Positions 20,149 through 30,947 of a stretch of 64,000 nucleotides of DNA are shown piece after piece (within the stretch, counting starts at the first letter, position 1; each line of letters starts with the position of its first letter). The notes under the pieces are model-generated. The model searched no databases and was not told where the DNA came from. It saw only the letters and a program-made list of their open reading frames with translations. The DNA is taken from NCBI GenBank assembly GCA_044345375.1, contig JBIJBF010000008.1, positions 141 to 64,140 on the forward strand, read 5' to 3'. Source of the stretch: Alphaproteobacteria bacterium. Lineage in GTDB: Bacteria > Pseudomonadota > Alphaproteobacteria > CAISOG01. The translations under genes were made by a program, and so were the position numbers.

Positions 20149-20476
20149 GGCGTTTGTACTCCTTCCAATAAATTTTGGCATTTTTGATGTCGCGGCTTTG
20201 GCTGTCTTTGTCGCCGCCGCAAAGAATCACAACGATAGACTCCCCATCTTCCCCAAAATAGACACGATAGCCTGGACCAAAAAACAGCCGTAATTCTAAA
20301 AGCCCGTCACCTATTGGTTCAACATCCCCATAATGACCATGCTGAAAACGCAACAGACGGCCAAGAATTCTGCGTCTGCTTTGTTGATCACGCAGTTTGT
20401 TTAACCAATTTTGAAAAGGCTCGTTGCCCCTTTCATCGGCATAAAAAACAACCTGCTTGGGTTCCAACATAGGCAT
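20126..20476 (-). CDS. RelE/ParE-family toxin (HI1419/HigB-like)
   Basis: PFQNWLNKLRD, GDVEPIGDGLLELRLFFGPGYRVYF, LCGGDKDSQSRDI. Confidence 0.92.
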   Translation of the reverse strand: MPMLEPKQVVFYADERGNEPFQNWLNKLRDQQSRRRILGRLLRFQHGHYGDVEPIGDGLLELRLFFGPGYRVYFGEDGESIVVILCGGDKDSQSRDIKNAKIYWKEYKRHASLEKY

Positions 20477-20555
20477 CAAGTTTTTAGCTTCCTTAACTGT
20501 AACACAGCCAACTATAGTTGGCAACAGCGCGCTGCGCAAGGGGAGCAATTCCCCC

Positions 20556-20816
20556 CTAATGCCGGTCTTTTTTACGGATGGCTTTTGGGGGGAGGTCGGC
20601 GGATGGTGGGATTAGCCCATCATCCTGTTCAAACAGGTCGTTGATCGTTTCGTGGAAGGCGCCAACGGTGCGGATCAAATCGCCCTCCAAATGCTGCACC
20701 GCCTGCTGCAGGTCAGAATCTTGTTGGTTAGATTGTTTGACCGATTCAATAATCGAAATCATTTGTCCTAATCCATGGATGACTTCAAACAGGGCGGTAC
20801 GGCGTTGTGAACTCAT
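20556..20816 (-). CDS. Small helical hypothetical protein
   Basis: 86-aa ORF from MSSQRR with GAGGA RBS; amphipathic helices. Confidence 0.55.
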   Translation of the reverse strand: MSSQRRTALFEVIHGLGQMISIIESVKQSNQQDSDLQQAVQHLEGDLIRTVGAFHETINDLFEQDDGLIPPSADLPPKAIRKKDRH

Positions 20817-21026
20817 CGTTTTTTCCTCAACAACGTTGTAAATGGACGCCAAAAAACGGTGCACTTCTTGGCCAACCCATTTGGAGTTAGGCCACACGAT
20901 CGCCGTGCGTAAAGAGGTTGGCAGGTGCCAAATTGGAGAGTGGGATGCCCACGGCCATCGACCATGATTGACCACCATCTTTTCGTGCGGATAAGGTTTC
21001 ATATCCGTGACAATAAGATATATTGG

Positions 21027-21041
21027 TTAATAACCAGTTAG
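21027..21041. promoter_or_regulatory. Near-consensus CtrA box
   Basis: TTAA-TAACCAG-TTAG (one mismatch to TTAA-N7-TTAA) upstream of the 20816 ORF. Confidence 0.4.
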
Positions 21042-21102
21042 GATAAACAATAACAGGTTGAATACTATGGTATTTTTTTCGGGCGTGGTGACTGGCGGTT
21101 TT

Positions 21103-23781
21103 CTAGCTTTGGCGCGGTGTGTTGCCGGATTCCGAGGTTTTTTGCAGTTTCTCCACCCGTCGACGGCTGGCGCGGTTCAAACTCATCACCATCGGGCCGG
21201 ATGGCTGGCCAAAACTGGCGATGGAGGGGAAGGGGGCGGCAGCCGGCGGGATGTCCAACTCTGGGGCAGCACCCAAAAACATCAGGCTGTCGTTGGTTAA
21301 GTTCTCAACGCGGATCTCCAAGCGGGTGATCACCGCCACCACATTTTCCCGCACCTCAGCCAGCATGGCCTCAAACAATTTAAACGCTTCCCGCTTAAAT
21401 TCATTCAGCGGATCGCGCTGGCCATAGGCACGCAGCCCAATCCCCTCACGCAGATGATCCAGCTGCGACAGATGGTCTTTCCAGCCCTTGTCCAGCTCGT
21501 CCAGCAGGATCTTCTGGGTGGCCAGCTGGCGAAATTCCGGCGGGAAGTGATCCAGATGTTCGGTCAGCTGTTGGGTGGCGGCCAGCGTTAGCTGCTCCAC
21601 AATCGCGTTGGCATCCACCCCCTCCTTCGCCGCCCAGTCGGTCAGCGGCGGTTCGATGTTCAGCAACCGGCGCGATTCCTCAGCCAGCCCCAGCAGATCC
21701 CACTGTTCGGGATAGCTTTCTGGCGGCAGGAAGCGCCGCGCCGTATCCTCAACCACCTCAGCGTGCATGTTGGTAATCCACGATCCCAGATCATCGGCCT
21801 TGAGAATGTCGGCGCGTTGTTCGTAAACCAATTTGCGCTGGGCGTTGACAATATCGTCGTAGCGCAACAGCCATTTGCGGCGTTCAAAATTGTTGCCCTC
21901 AACCCGATGTTGCGCCTTTTCTAGAGCCTTGCTGACCCATGGGTGGGCGATCGATTCGCCGTAAGGCATGCCAAAGCGTTGCAGCACGCTGTCCATCCGT
22001 TCTGAGCCAAAAATTCGCATCAGATCATCTTCCAGACTGATGAAGAATTTCGAGGCGCCCGGATCCCCCTGCCGGCCAGATCGCCCCCGCAGCTGGTTGT
22101 CGATGCGGCGGCTTTCGTGGCGTTCGGTGCCAATCACGTACAGCCCACCAGCCTGCAGGGCGATTTGCTTGGCCTGCTCAATCTCAGTTTTGATGTTGGC
22201 GCGCAATTTTTCTTGCTCGGCGGGCAGGGCGTTGGCGGGAATCAGGGTGCGGCAACGCTGCTCAAAACTGCCGCCCAGCTGGATATCGGTGCCGCGACCG
22301 GCCATGTTGGTGGCAATGGTAACGGCACCTGGCCGCCCCGCATCCGCCACAATCTCCGCCTCGCGCTCATGGTGGCGGGCGTTCAGCACCTGATGGGGGA
22401 TTTTTTGCTTCTTCAGCATGGCCGACAAGGCCTCAGATTTTTCAATCGACACGGTGCCGACCAACACCGGCTGTTGGCGGGCAAAACACTCCTGAATCAG
22501 GGCGATGACGGCCTCGTTCTTTTCCTGCGCGCTGCGGTAGATCTCATCCTCATGGTCTTTGCGCTGGATGGTTAGGTTGGTCGGGATTTCCACCACCTCA
22601 AGCTTGTAAATCTCAAAAAACTCCGCCGCCTCGGTCAGCGCGGTTCCGGTCATGCCCGCCAATTTGGGGTACAGGCGGAAATAATTTTGAAAGGTAATGG
22701 TGGCCAGAGTCTGGTTCTCATTCTGAATCGTTACCCGCTCTTTCGCCTCCAACGCCTGATGCAGGCCGCCGGAATAGCGCCGATCCTCCATCATGCGGCC
22801 GGTGAATTCATCGATGATTACCACCTTGTCGTCCTTGATGATGTAATCGACGTCGCGTTTGTACACCTTGTCAGCGCGCAAGGCCTGATTCACGTAATGC
22901 ACCAAATGCACGTTGTTGAAATCGTACAAGGCGCCCTCAGCGATCAGGCCACCGGCGCGCAGCTTGGCATCCAAGCTTTCGGTGCCGGTATCGGTTAGCA
23001 CGGCGGTGCGCAACTTTTCGTCCACCTCAATATCCGCATCGGTCAATTGGCGGATCAGTTTGGACATGGTCTGGTACAGGGCGGAGGAATCCTCAGCCTG
23101 GCCAGAAATAATCAGCGGGGTGCGCGCCTCATCAATCAAAATGCTGTCCACCTCATCCACAATGGCGTAGTGAAAGGGGCGCATGACGCGATCTTCCAGC
23201 CGGAATTTCATGTTGTCGCGCATGTAGTCAAAGCCGAATTGGTTGTTGGTGCCATAGGTGATATCGGCCGCATAGGCCCGTTGGCGCGCTGCATCATCCA
23301 GGCCAGAAACGATGGATCCGGCGCTTAGCCCCAAAAAGCGGTAAACCTGCGCCATCCATTCGGAATCACGCTTGGCCAGATAATCGTTGACGGTGACCAC
23401 ATGCACCCCCTTGCCGCTAAGGGCATTCAGGTAAACCGGCAGGGTGGCGACCAGGGTTTTCCCCTCACCCGTTTTCATTTCCGCGATCATGCCCTGATGC
23501 AGCACGATGCCGCCCAGCAGCTGCACGTCGTAGTGACGTTGACCCAGGGTCCGTTTGGCCGCCTCCCGCACCGTGGCAAAGGCTGGCACCAGCAAATCGT
23601 CAAGGGATCGCCCCGCACTTAGTTGTTCGCGGAACAGGTTGGTGCGTGCCTGCAGCCCCGCATCATCCAGCGCCGCCACCTCAGCCTCAGCCGCATTGAT
23701 CTGGCCGACCAATTCACGAAAGCGGTTTAACGTGCGCTCATTCGCAGAACCAAAAAACTTTTTTGCTAAGACAGACAACAT
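21103..23781 (-). CDS. secA: Preprotein translocase ATPase SecA
   Basis: [56 protein letters not shown]; start at ATG 23781. Confidence 0.99.
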   Translation of the reverse strand: MLSVLAKKFFGSANERTLNRFRELVGQINAAEAEVAALDDAGLQARTNLFREQLSAGRSLDDLLVPAFATVREAAKRTLGQRHYDVQLLGGIVLHQGMIAEMKTGEGKTLVATLPVYLNALSGKGVHVVTVNDYLAKRDSEWMAQVYRFLGLSAGSIVSGLDDAARQRAYAADITYGTNNQFGFDYMRDNMKFRLEDRVMRPFHYAIVDEVDSILIDEARTPLIISGQAEDSSALYQTMSKLIRQLTDADIEVDEKLRTAVLTDTGTESLDAKLRAGGLIAEGALYDFNNVHLVHYVNQALRADKVYKRDVDYIIKDDKVVIIDEFTGRMMEDRRYSGGLHQALEAKERVTIQNENQTLATITFQNYFRLYPKLAGMTGTALTEAAEFFEIYKLEVVEIPTNLTIQRKDHEDEIYRSAQEKNEAVIALIQECFARQQPVLVGTVSIEKSEALSAMLKKQKIPHQVLNARHHEREAEIVADAGRPGAVTIATNMAGRGTDIQLGGSFEQRCRTLIPANALPAEQEKLRANIKTEIEQAKQIALQAGGLYVIGTERHESRRIDNQLRGRSGRQGDPGASKFFISLEDDLMRIFGSERMDSVLQRFGMPYGESIAHPWVSKALEKAQHRVEGNNFERRKWLLRYDDIVNAQRKLVYEQRADILKADDLGSWITNMHAEVVEDTARRFLPPESYPEQWDLLGLAEESRRLLNIEPPLTDWAAKEGVDANAIVEQLTLAATQQLTEHLDHFPPEFRQLATQKILLDELDKGWKDHLSQLDHLREGIGLRAYGQRDPLNEFKREAFKLFEAMLAEVRENVVAVITRLEIRVENLTNDSLMFLGAAPELDIPPAAAPFPSIASFGQPSGPMVMSLNRASRRRVEKLQKTSESGNTPRQS

Positions 23782-23996
23782 TCCGCAACCCCTTAAACCT
23801 GAACAACAACGATATAATCTTTGTTGATAACTGGGGGCAGCGTCAGCGTCAATCAAGTCTTTGCCTTCCGGCAGGGCAAGTCTTCGCGTCTTTTGTGGCG
23901 GCGCAGCAGAAAGCACAATTGTCAATAACCGCGCAATCGCCTAAGGTGCAGCATCCGACCTGTGTGCGCATGGGCAGTTTTTAAAGGAACAAGTCA

Positions 23997-24722
23997 ATGA
24001 GTTTAGATGTTTTTCGTGAAGTTGATGAGGCCTATCGGCGTGAACAGTTTATCAGCTTTTGCCAGCGCAACCAGCGTCCGTTAAGCCTGACGGTTGGTGT
24101 GCTGCTGCTGAGCAGTTTGTTGTATGTGGGCTGGCAGCAGGTGGCCATCAAACGGCAAACGCAGCAGTCCGCCCAATACAGCAGCGGGCTGCAGCAGTTG
24201 GCGGGTCAGAAAACGGCTGAGGCTGAGGCCAATTTTGGCCAATTGTCTGCGAAAAATGGGGGCTACGCCACGTTGGCGCGGCTGCAACTGGTTAGCGTTT
24301 ACGACAAAAACAAAAAAGGCGCTGAGTCGTTGGCGGAACTGCAAAAAATGGCGCAGGATGGCGCGGTTGATGCTCCCTTACGCAACTACGCCCGTTATAT
24401 TGCCGCGCAACGGCTGCTGGAGCAGGGGGGCAGCGCGGTGGATCCCGCCAAACTGCAGGAATGGTTAAAGCCGTTGCTGGCTGAGGATGGGGCTTGGTCA
24501 GGCCTGGCGGAGGAGTTGGTGGGCTTGGCCTATCTGCAAACCGGCCAATTGGAGCAGGCGCGCCAACATTTGGAAAAAATTGCCGTCCGTAAGGAGGTGC
24601 CGATTGCCACGCGGGAACGGGCGGATCGGTTGCTGGCCTTGGTCTACAACCGGCTTAACCTGCCCGCCCACAGCATGTTGGGCGATGCCGACCATGGAGC
24701 GGATGGTTCGCATGTGCATTAA
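23997..24722 (+). CDS. YfgM-like TPR membrane protein
   Basis: DVFREVDE N-terminus, one TM helix, GYATLARL, TPR-like helices; typical position before bamB. Confidence 0.8.
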   Translation: MSLDVFREVDEAYRREQFISFCQRNQRPLSLTVGVLLLSSLLYVGWQQVAIKRQTQQSAQYSSGLQQLAGQKTAEAEANFGQLSAKNGGYATLARLQLVSVYDKNKKGAESLAELQKMAQDGAVDAPLRNYARYIAAQRLLEQGGSAVDPAKLQEWLKPLLAEDGAWSGLAEELVGLAYLQTGQLEQARQHLEKIAVRKEVPIATRERADRLLALVYNRLNLPAHSMLGDADHGADGSHVH

Positions 24723-26016
24723 CAAGAATTTTCGTATCTTCGCCGCGGGGTTGGTCCTGCTGCTGATTCCCGCAGGTTGCGCTGATAAAACCCCCAAGAT
24801 TGAGGGCGAACGGCGGGTGGTGTTCAGCACCCCACGGCTGCAGGCGGATCCAACCGCTGGCCTGACCCCTTTGCGCTTGTCGGAACCCTTGGCGAAAACG
24901 TCCTGGGTCAGCTATGGCGGCGATGGCGATCAGGCGCCGCAACATTTGGCCTGGGGCGGCAACTGGAACCAGGCGTGGGAAACCGATATCGGCACTGGTG
25001 CAAGCGCCAACCGTTCGCTGCTAACGGTGCAGCCGGTCAGCGCCAACGGGGTGGTCTTTACCTTGGACGGCGCCGCGCAGCTGCAGGCCACCCAGCTGGC
25101 GGATGGTGCAAGGATCTGGCGCAGGGATCTGGCGGAGGATGCCAGCGCAGCGGTGGCGCAGGGTGGGTTGGTGCTGGCCAATGATTGGGTGATTGCTGCC
25201 CTGGGCAATGGCGTGATCCGGGCATCCGCGCAAAAAGACGGCAAGCCGGTGTGGAGTCAAACCCTGCCCGCACCGATTCGGCGAAGCCCGCAGGCCGATG
25301 ATTCCCATCTTTATGTGGTCACGGTTGATAACGCGCTTTATGCGCTGAATTTGGAGGATGGCAGCATCGCGTGGGAAATGCGTGGGGTGGGGGAAAAGGC
25401 GCGCTTGCTGCGCCAGGGCAGCCTGAGCCTGACCCGCGATCTTTTGGTTGCGCCGATGTCCACCGGCAGTTTGGTGGCCACCCAACCCCTGACCGGACGA
25501 CGGTTGTGGGAGGTGCCCTTGGCGGATGATCAGCCCACCGATCTGGTGGCGGCGCTGCCCGGGATTGTGGCCACCGCGGCTATTGCCGATGGCATCGTCT
25601 ATGTTGCCGGTTTCAGCAACCATTTGGTCGCCATTCAATCCCGTACTGGCGCGATTTTGTGGCAGGTTGCGATGGGCACCGCCACCACGCCGTGGGTCAG
25701 CGGCGATATGCTGTATGTGGTAAGCCCCGATGGCCAGCTGGTTTGTTTGTTCCGCAAAGACGGCAAAATTCGCTGGGTTAAGCCTTTACCTGCGGCCAAA
25801 GAGGAAAAGGATGTAACGGTGTGGTACACGCCAACCCTGGTGGATGGAAAACTGCTGCTTGCCAATCAATATGGCCGTGTTCTGGCCATGTCGCCCTACA
25901 CGGGGGAGGTGGAGTCGGAACATCAGATCGATGGCGGCATCAGCAGCGCGCCGATCGTGGTCGGCAGTACCCTGCTTTGGCTAACGCAAAATGGTCAATT
26001 GCAGGCCTATCGTTAG
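24712..26016 (+). CDS. bamB: Outer-membrane assembly lipoprotein BamB (PQQ-like propeller)
   Basis: Lipobox IPAGC, repeated A/L-x-x-x-D/T-G-x-x-x-W blades; start 24703 or 24712. Confidence 0.85.
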   Translation: MCINKNFRIFAAGLVLLLIPAGCADKTPKIEGERRVVFSTPRLQADPTAGLTPLRLSEPLAKTSWVSYGGDGDQAPQHLAWGGNWNQAWETDIGTGASANRSLLTVQPVSANGVVFTLDGAAQLQATQLADGARIWRRDLAEDASAAVAQGGLVLANDWVIAALGNGVIRASAQKDGKPVWSQTLPAPIRRSPQADDSHLYVVTVDNALYALNLEDGSIAWEMRGVGEKARLLRQGSLSLTRDLLVAPMSTGSLVATQPLTGRRLWEVPLADDQPTDLVAALPGIVATAAIADGIVYVAGFSNHLVAIQSRTGAILWQVAMGTATTPWVSGDMLYVVSPDGQLVCLFRKDGKIRWVKPLPAAKEEKDVTVWYTPTLVDGKLLLANQYGRVLAMSPYTGEVESEHQIDGGISSAPIVVGSTLLWLTQNGQLQAYR

Positions 26017-26040
26017 GAAACTAAGGCTAAGGCAGCTTGG

Positions 26041-26712
26041 ATGGCACGCAAAATTGATTCTCGTCTAAAATTCACCACCGCGTCGAAAGCGGGCGATGGG
26101 GATGGCGAAGGTGGGGCGCATAGCTGTGAACAGCCAGGCTGCCCGGCGGTGGGCGAATATCCGGCGCCACGATCCCGCCATGAGCTGCACCGCTACCGCT
26201 GGTTTTGTCTGGAACATATCAAGGCCTACAACAGCAAATGGAATTATTTTGATGGGCTTGAGGACAAGTTGGTTGAGGAGCATGTCAAGGCCGACACCAC
26301 CTGGCGCCGCCCGACCTGGAGTCTGAAAAACTTTGGGGTTTTGGGGCAAAAAATGAAGTCGGGCGGCAATCTTGAATGGGATTTGCTGACCGAATTGGGG
26401 CTAAACGAGTTGGCGCCCGATATTTTTGCGGCGCAAAGGGTGGGCGCTGAGAAACTTCGCAGGAGTGCCGCCGATGCCGCTCTTTCCCTAAAAGTTAGGC
26501 CACCCAGCGCGCTGCAGGCGCCGTTAAGTCTGTTTGGCTTGCCCTATCCCTATACCCCGCAACAGCTAAAGGAGCGCTACCGCATCTTGGTGAAAAAGCA
26601 TCATCCCGATTTGGCGGCTGCCCCCGTGGTGGTGGATAGCAAGGCGGATGAGGTGATGAAACGCATCAACAGCGCCTATCAGCAGCTCAAAAAACATCTG
26701 CAACCAACCTAA
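26041..26712 (+). CDS. C-terminal J-domain protein
   Basis: CEQPGC...YPAP, WFCLEHIKAYN, LKERYRILVKKHHPD. Confidence 0.88.
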   Translation: MARKIDSRLKFTTASKAGDGDGEGGAHSCEQPGCPAVGEYPAPRSRHELHRYRWFCLEHIKAYNSKWNYFDGLEDKLVEEHVKADTTWRRPTWSLKNFGVLGQKMKSGGNLEWDLLTELGLNELAPDIFAAQRVGAEKLRRSAADAALSLKVRPPSALQAPLSLFGLPYPYTPQQLKERYRILVKKHHPDLAAAPVVVDSKADEVMKRINSAYQQLKKHLQPT

Positions 26713-26741
26713 TGATCGCATGATAAGGAGCCGAATCGCTG

Positions 26742-27764
26742 ATGACTTGGTCAACCCCTAGCTGGTGGGATGCGGCTGCATCCAATCCCACCGCCACCCA
26801 GCTTAGCCGCCTGCTGCCGCCGCTGTTAAGCCCGCTTAGCTGGCTGTATGGCGCTGGTGTGCGCTATGACCGTTGGTTGGCAGGTGCGCCGCAGCTGGCT
26901 GCCCTGCCGAGTTTGGTGGTGGGCGGGATTAACGCCGGAGGGGCTGGCAAAACACCGGTGGTGCAGTATCTGGTGCGACTCCTGCAGGGCTTGCAGCAGC
27001 ATCCGCACATTGGCCTGCGTGGCTACGGCGGCGTTGCTAGCACCGAACCGCGCCAGGTCTTGCCAGAGGATGGCGTAGAGTTGGTGGGGGATGAGGCGTT
27101 GCTGCATGCGGGGCTAGCGCCAACCTGGGTAGGGCGCAACCGGCTTGAGCTGGCCAGCAGGGCGGCCGGCGCTGGTGCCAGCCAACTGGTGTTGGACGAT
27201 GGGCTGCAGCATTGGCCGCTGCGTCCGCATCTTAGCTTGGTGGTGGTGGAGGGCGCGTTTGGGCTGGGCAATGGCCGTCTGTTGCCCGCAGGATCGTTGC
27301 GTGAATCATGGGAAAGCGTTGCGGCGCGGGCGGATGCCCTGCTGATTCTGGGGGACGACCGGCATCAGCTGCAACAGCGTTGGCCAGCAGACAAGCCCTG
27401 TTTTGCGGGGCGGATCATCCCAAAAGCGGTGCCAGAACTTGGCCGCGTGTTGGCCTTTGCCGGCATCGGGCGGCCCGCCAAATTTTGGCAAAGCCTGCAA
27501 GAGGTGGGGATGGAGGTGGTGGCCAGCCAGGGGTATCCCGATCATTATCGCTATCAGGAACAGGATTTGCTGGGCTTGGTTGAGCAGGCGACAAGGCTGA
27601 AGGCGGCGCTGATCACCACCCGCAAAGATTGGGTGCGGCTGTCGCCAGCTTGGCAAGCACGGGTCGCGGTTTTGGATGTTGAGCTGCAATTGTCTGAGCC
27701 AAGTCAGCGGGCGATTCAAGCATGGCTGCAACCCCTGTTGCCCAAAGTTGGGGGTGCGCTATGA
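26742..27764 (+). CDS. lpxK: Tetraacyldisaccharide 4'-kinase
   Basis: GGAGKTP, RGYGG, GDEA, LDDGLQH, LLPAGSLRE, AGIGRP, YPDH, TRKDWVRL. Confidence 0.95.
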   Translation: MTWSTPSWWDAAASNPTATQLSRLLPPLLSPLSWLYGAGVRYDRWLAGAPQLAALPSLVVGGINAGGAGKTPVVQYLVRLLQGLQQHPHIGLRGYGGVASTEPRQVLPEDGVELVGDEALLHAGLAPTWVGRNRLELASRAAGAGASQLVLDDGLQHWPLRPHLSLVVVEGAFGLGNGRLLPAGSLRESWESVAARADALLILGDDRHQLQQRWPADKPCFAGRIIPKAVPELGRVLAFAGIGRPAKFWQSLQEVGMEVVASQGYPDHYRYQEQDLLGLVEQATRLKAALITTRKDWVRLSPAWQARVAVLDVELQLSEPSQRAIQAWLQPLLPKVGGAL

Positions 27765-28705
27765 AAACGCATCTTAATAAGGGCGCGCGGCTTTCATGGG
27801 GCAGCCGGTGTCGCTATGGGTTGCAGGCGGCGCCGCTGTACCTGCTGTTTGGCTTTTTTGCCATGCTGCCGGTGGCCACGGCTTCCCGCGTTGGCGGCTG
27901 GTTGGCACGGCAAATGGGCTGGCTATGGCGGGGGCGTGGACGGCTGGCGGATCAGCAGTTGCAGATGGTGATGCCTGAGCTGAACGCCCTGCAGCGCCAG
28001 GCCATTGTCCGCGGCATGTGGGACAATTTGGGGCGGGTGGTGGCCGAATTGGCGCATCTTAAACAGCTGGCCGGTCAGCTGCAGCAGCGGATTCCGATCA
28101 CTGGCTTGGACGGGTTGCAGGACTTAGCGGCAGGGGGGAAGCCTATTCTGTTCGTATCCGGCCATTTGGGCAATTGGGAATTGTCACCGCTGATGGCGCA
28201 GCTGGTGGGCATCAACCCCTATCGCATTTATCGGGCGGCCAACAACCCATGGCTGGAACGCCTGATTCGCCGTCAACGCGACGCTTCCAGCAATTTGGGG
28301 GTTCCATCGGCCAATTGGCAGAACTATGGAATCCCCAAGGGGCCAGCGGGCAGCAAACAGTTGTTGGCCAGGTTGCGCGGCGGCCATTCGCTGGCCATGT
28401 TGGTCGATCAGCGGATGAACGATGGGGTGGCCGTGCCGTTTTTGGGGCATCCTGCGATGACCGCCGATGCGGTGACCAAGCTGGCGGTCAAATTCGGCCT
28501 GCCCATCGTGATGGCGCGGATCGTGCGCCAGCTGGATGGTTCCTTGCAGGGCGAAATTCTGCCAGCGATTTGGCCTGACCCGCAGGTTTTGGCGCAAAGC
28601 CCAGGCGCCGCCAGCCTAGAATTGCTGGGCCGCATCAACCAACAGTTGGGGGATTGGGTGCGGCAACACCCCGCCCAGTGGCTATGGCTGCATCGCCGCT
28701 GGTAA
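27761..28705 (+). CDS. Lipid A acyltransferase (LpxL/HtrB family)
   Basis: GHLGNWE, MLVDQ, VPFLG, PAQWLWLHRRW; ATGA overlap with lpxK. Confidence 0.92.
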   Translation: MKTHLNKGARLSWGSRCRYGLQAAPLYLLFGFFAMLPVATASRVGGWLARQMGWLWRGRGRLADQQLQMVMPELNALQRQAIVRGMWDNLGRVVAELAHLKQLAGQLQQRIPITGLDGLQDLAAGGKPILFVSGHLGNWELSPLMAQLVGINPYRIYRAANNPWLERLIRRQRDASSNLGVPSANWQNYGIPKGPAGSKQLLARLRGGHSLAMLVDQRMNDGVAVPFLGHPAMTADAVTKLAVKFGLPIVMARIVRQLDGSLQGEILPAIWPDPQVLAQSPGAASLELLGRINQQLGDWVRQHPAQWLWLHRRW

Positions 28706-28706
28706 G

Positions 28707-30164
28707 TTATCGGGCGGATTGCGCCAACAAGAAGCTGCTGATTTCGCGCAGCAGGAAGCCCAGATTTTGCGCGCGTGAGGTGTCTTCGGGCAGCAGCAGC
28801 TGGGCAAATGCCTCAAGCTTGCGGCGATGCTCATCCTGCGTGCGGTCGTAATGGATCAGCGCGGTCAGCAAAAACGCGCGATCCTGTGGGGACAGTTCCG
28901 GGATCACCGCGTTGGTCAGCAGGGGCAGGGGGGATTGAGCCTGACCAGCCTGCACCGCCTGTTGCACCAATGTTAACCAGCAAAGCGCGGTCAGCAGGCG
29001 GCGGTGGCGGTGGGTGCTGAAATCCTGCTGCAACATCACCTGTTTTTCCAATTGTTGCAGATAGGATTGGGTGTTGGGGGTCGCCCAAGGCTTGGCCAGC
29101 TGCCAACACCAATCCAGCATGCGATCCTGCTGTTGCCATTCTGGTGGAAAAAAGCCAAAGGCCAAGCCCTCATGCAGCCCAGCTTGGGTAAAAACCACCC
29201 GGCGCGGGGTAATAGCGGTCAGCAGCCCGTGCAACACCTGCAGCGCATAGGCGAAGTGCGCCTGTTGCGCGGCGGCTAGGTTAAAGCGGGCGGCCGCATC
29301 ACGCCGTTGGGTGAAGTCCTTATGCATCCATTTGGCCAGAATCGGCAGCAGCATCGCGGTGGTGATGCCGAATCCATCAATGCGATCCAACGGATAGGCA
29401 TTTTCGCGCAGGGCCAGCAGGCCGGTTTTGGTCATCAGCCCCCCGCGCACGATCAGGGTGCGCCCATGCAACTGATGCACGACCAGGCTGTTGCGCAACG
29501 CCTCCAGCGCCAGGCTGGGTTGCTGGTTGTACAAGGGGCCAATCGGCAAGCTGTCGGTCAGCTGGATATGTCCATCTTTCATCCATGCCAAATCAAGGCT
29601 GGCTGAGCCAAAATCTAGGACGATGGCGTTATCCACTTCCCGCCCCAATTGCCATTTGGCCGCTGCCGCCGCCAATTCCGCCTCCTCATCGCCGCTGAGG
29701 ACGGTAATGGCCAGTTTTTGCCCGCTTTGCTCGTAGAGTGTGTGAAAAAAATCATCGACGGTGCGGGGGTCGGCCGCACGAAAGGCCTCGGTCGCCAGCC
29801 CAAAAAAACGCTTCACGCCGCTGGCGCTCGCTGCCTGCAAATAGGGCAGCAGAATCTCAAAGGCCCGTTGAATCGCCATTTGATCCAGTTTGCTGCCAGG
29901 GGGGGGATTGGAATCGGTTGGCGGGGTGGTGGAGGGCAAAACAAAGCGACAGGATTGTTTAAGCTCCAGCGGGCTGCTTAACGGCTCAGCATCATCTGCG
30001 CCGCGGTATTGCCCCAGCAGGGGCAGGCTGGGCCAAAAGGAAAAGGCCTCAGCGGTGATTGAGCTGGATCCCAAGACGACCACGACAAAGGGTTCGCCCG
30101 CCTGCAACGGGGCAGGTTGGTTGTGAACCGTTGGTTGGTGGGGGGTGGGACAGGGATCGTTCAT
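28707..30164 (-). CDS. Divergent Ppx/GppA phosphatase family protein
   Basis: ATEAFRAA, VLSGDEEA, DFGSASLDL, SLPIGPL, GLHEG. Confidence 0.75.
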   Translation of the reverse strand: MNDPCPTPHQPTVHNQPAPLQAGEPFVVVVLGSSSITAEAFSFWPSLPLLGQYRGADDAEPLSSPLELKQSCRFVLPSTTPPTDSNPPPGSKLDQMAIQRAFEILLPYLQAASASGVKRFFGLATEAFRAADPRTVDDFFHTLYEQSGQKLAITVLSGDEEAELAAAAAKWQLGREVDNAIVLDFGSASLDLAWMKDGHIQLTDSLPIGPLYNQQPSLALEALRNSLVVHQLHGRTLIVRGGLMTKTGLLALRENAYPLDRIDGFGITTAMLLPILAKWMHKDFTQRRDAAARFNLAAAQQAHFAYALQVLHGLLTAITPRRVVFTQAGLHEGLAFGFFPPEWQQQDRMLDWCWQLAKPWATPNTQSYLQQLEKQVMLQQDFSTHRHRRLLTALCWLTLVQQAVQAGQAQSPLPLLTNAVIPELSPQDRAFLLTALIHYDRTQDEHRRKLEAFAQLLLPEDTSRAQNLGFLLREISSFLLAQSAR

Positions 30165-30247
30165 ATCATGGCTTCATCGCTGCAGAACACCCTAACGGAA
30201 GTTTTGTTTTTTTGCAAAAGTTTGGAAAAGGGTGCAAAACTGTGCGC

Positions 30248-30898
30248 ATGTTGTGGCGCCTGCTTCCCCCCCCGTCTGATTATGCTGAGACCTTGGCCGC
30301 CATGGACGCGCTGGTCAACCGTTTGGTGGCGGATCCGCAGATGGAGCCTGAGGCTTGGTTGCTGGAACATCCCCCCCTGTACACCGCTGGTACCAGTGCT
30401 AAGGCTGATGAGTTGTTGAACCCGGGCGATTGGCCGGTGTATCCATCGGGACGGGGCGGCAAATACACCTGGCATGGGCCAGGGCAGCGAACCGTTTACG
30501 TGATGCAGAACCTGAAAGTCTTGCAGCAGGACAAACCCGATTTGCGCGCCTATGTGCAGGGGTTGGAGGCTTGGGTGATCGATACCCTGAACCGTTTCGG
30601 GGTGGTCGGATACCGTCGCACGGGCCAGATTGGGGTGTGGGTAGACCGCCCCGCTGCGCTAGGTGATCAACTGGTGCCGGCCAAAATTGCGGCGATTGGG
30701 GTGCGGGTGCGGCAGTGGGTGACCAGCCATGGCATCGCCCTGAACGTGCACAACGACTTGGCGGCCTATGGGGGAATAATTCCTTGCGGAATTGTGGGGG
30801 CTGGTGTTACATCGTTGCATGATATGGGGGTGACGGTGTCGATGGATGCGGTTGATGAGGCGTTAAAGGCCTCATGGACAGCTGTTTTCGGTTCTTGA
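30248..30898 (+). CDS. lipB: Octanoyltransferase
   Basis: WLLEHPPLYTAGT, RGGKYTWHGPGQR, KIAAIG, HGIALNV, IIPCGI. Confidence 0.96.
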   Translation: MLWRLLPPPSDYAETLAAMDALVNRLVADPQMEPEAWLLEHPPLYTAGTSAKADELLNPGDWPVYPSGRGGKYTWHGPGQRTVYVMQNLKVLQQDKPDLRAYVQGLEAWVIDTLNRFGVVGYRRTGQIGVWVDRPAALGDQLVPAKIAAIGVRVRQWVTSHGIALNVHNDLAAYGGIIPCGIVGAGVTSLHDMGVTVSMDAVDEALKASWTAVFGS

Positions 30899-30947
30899 GC
30901 TGCTTTGATCGGTTTTTTCTTTTCTCTTTCGTGTTGGGGAGCGTTCC

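Noticed and set aside
24487-24711. N-terminal extension of the bamB ORF (similar extensions on secA, coq7, lipB, xerD, fliH, rplQ, cspA)
   Set aside because: Overlap neighbours or precede the conserved start and RBS; starts were moved downstream
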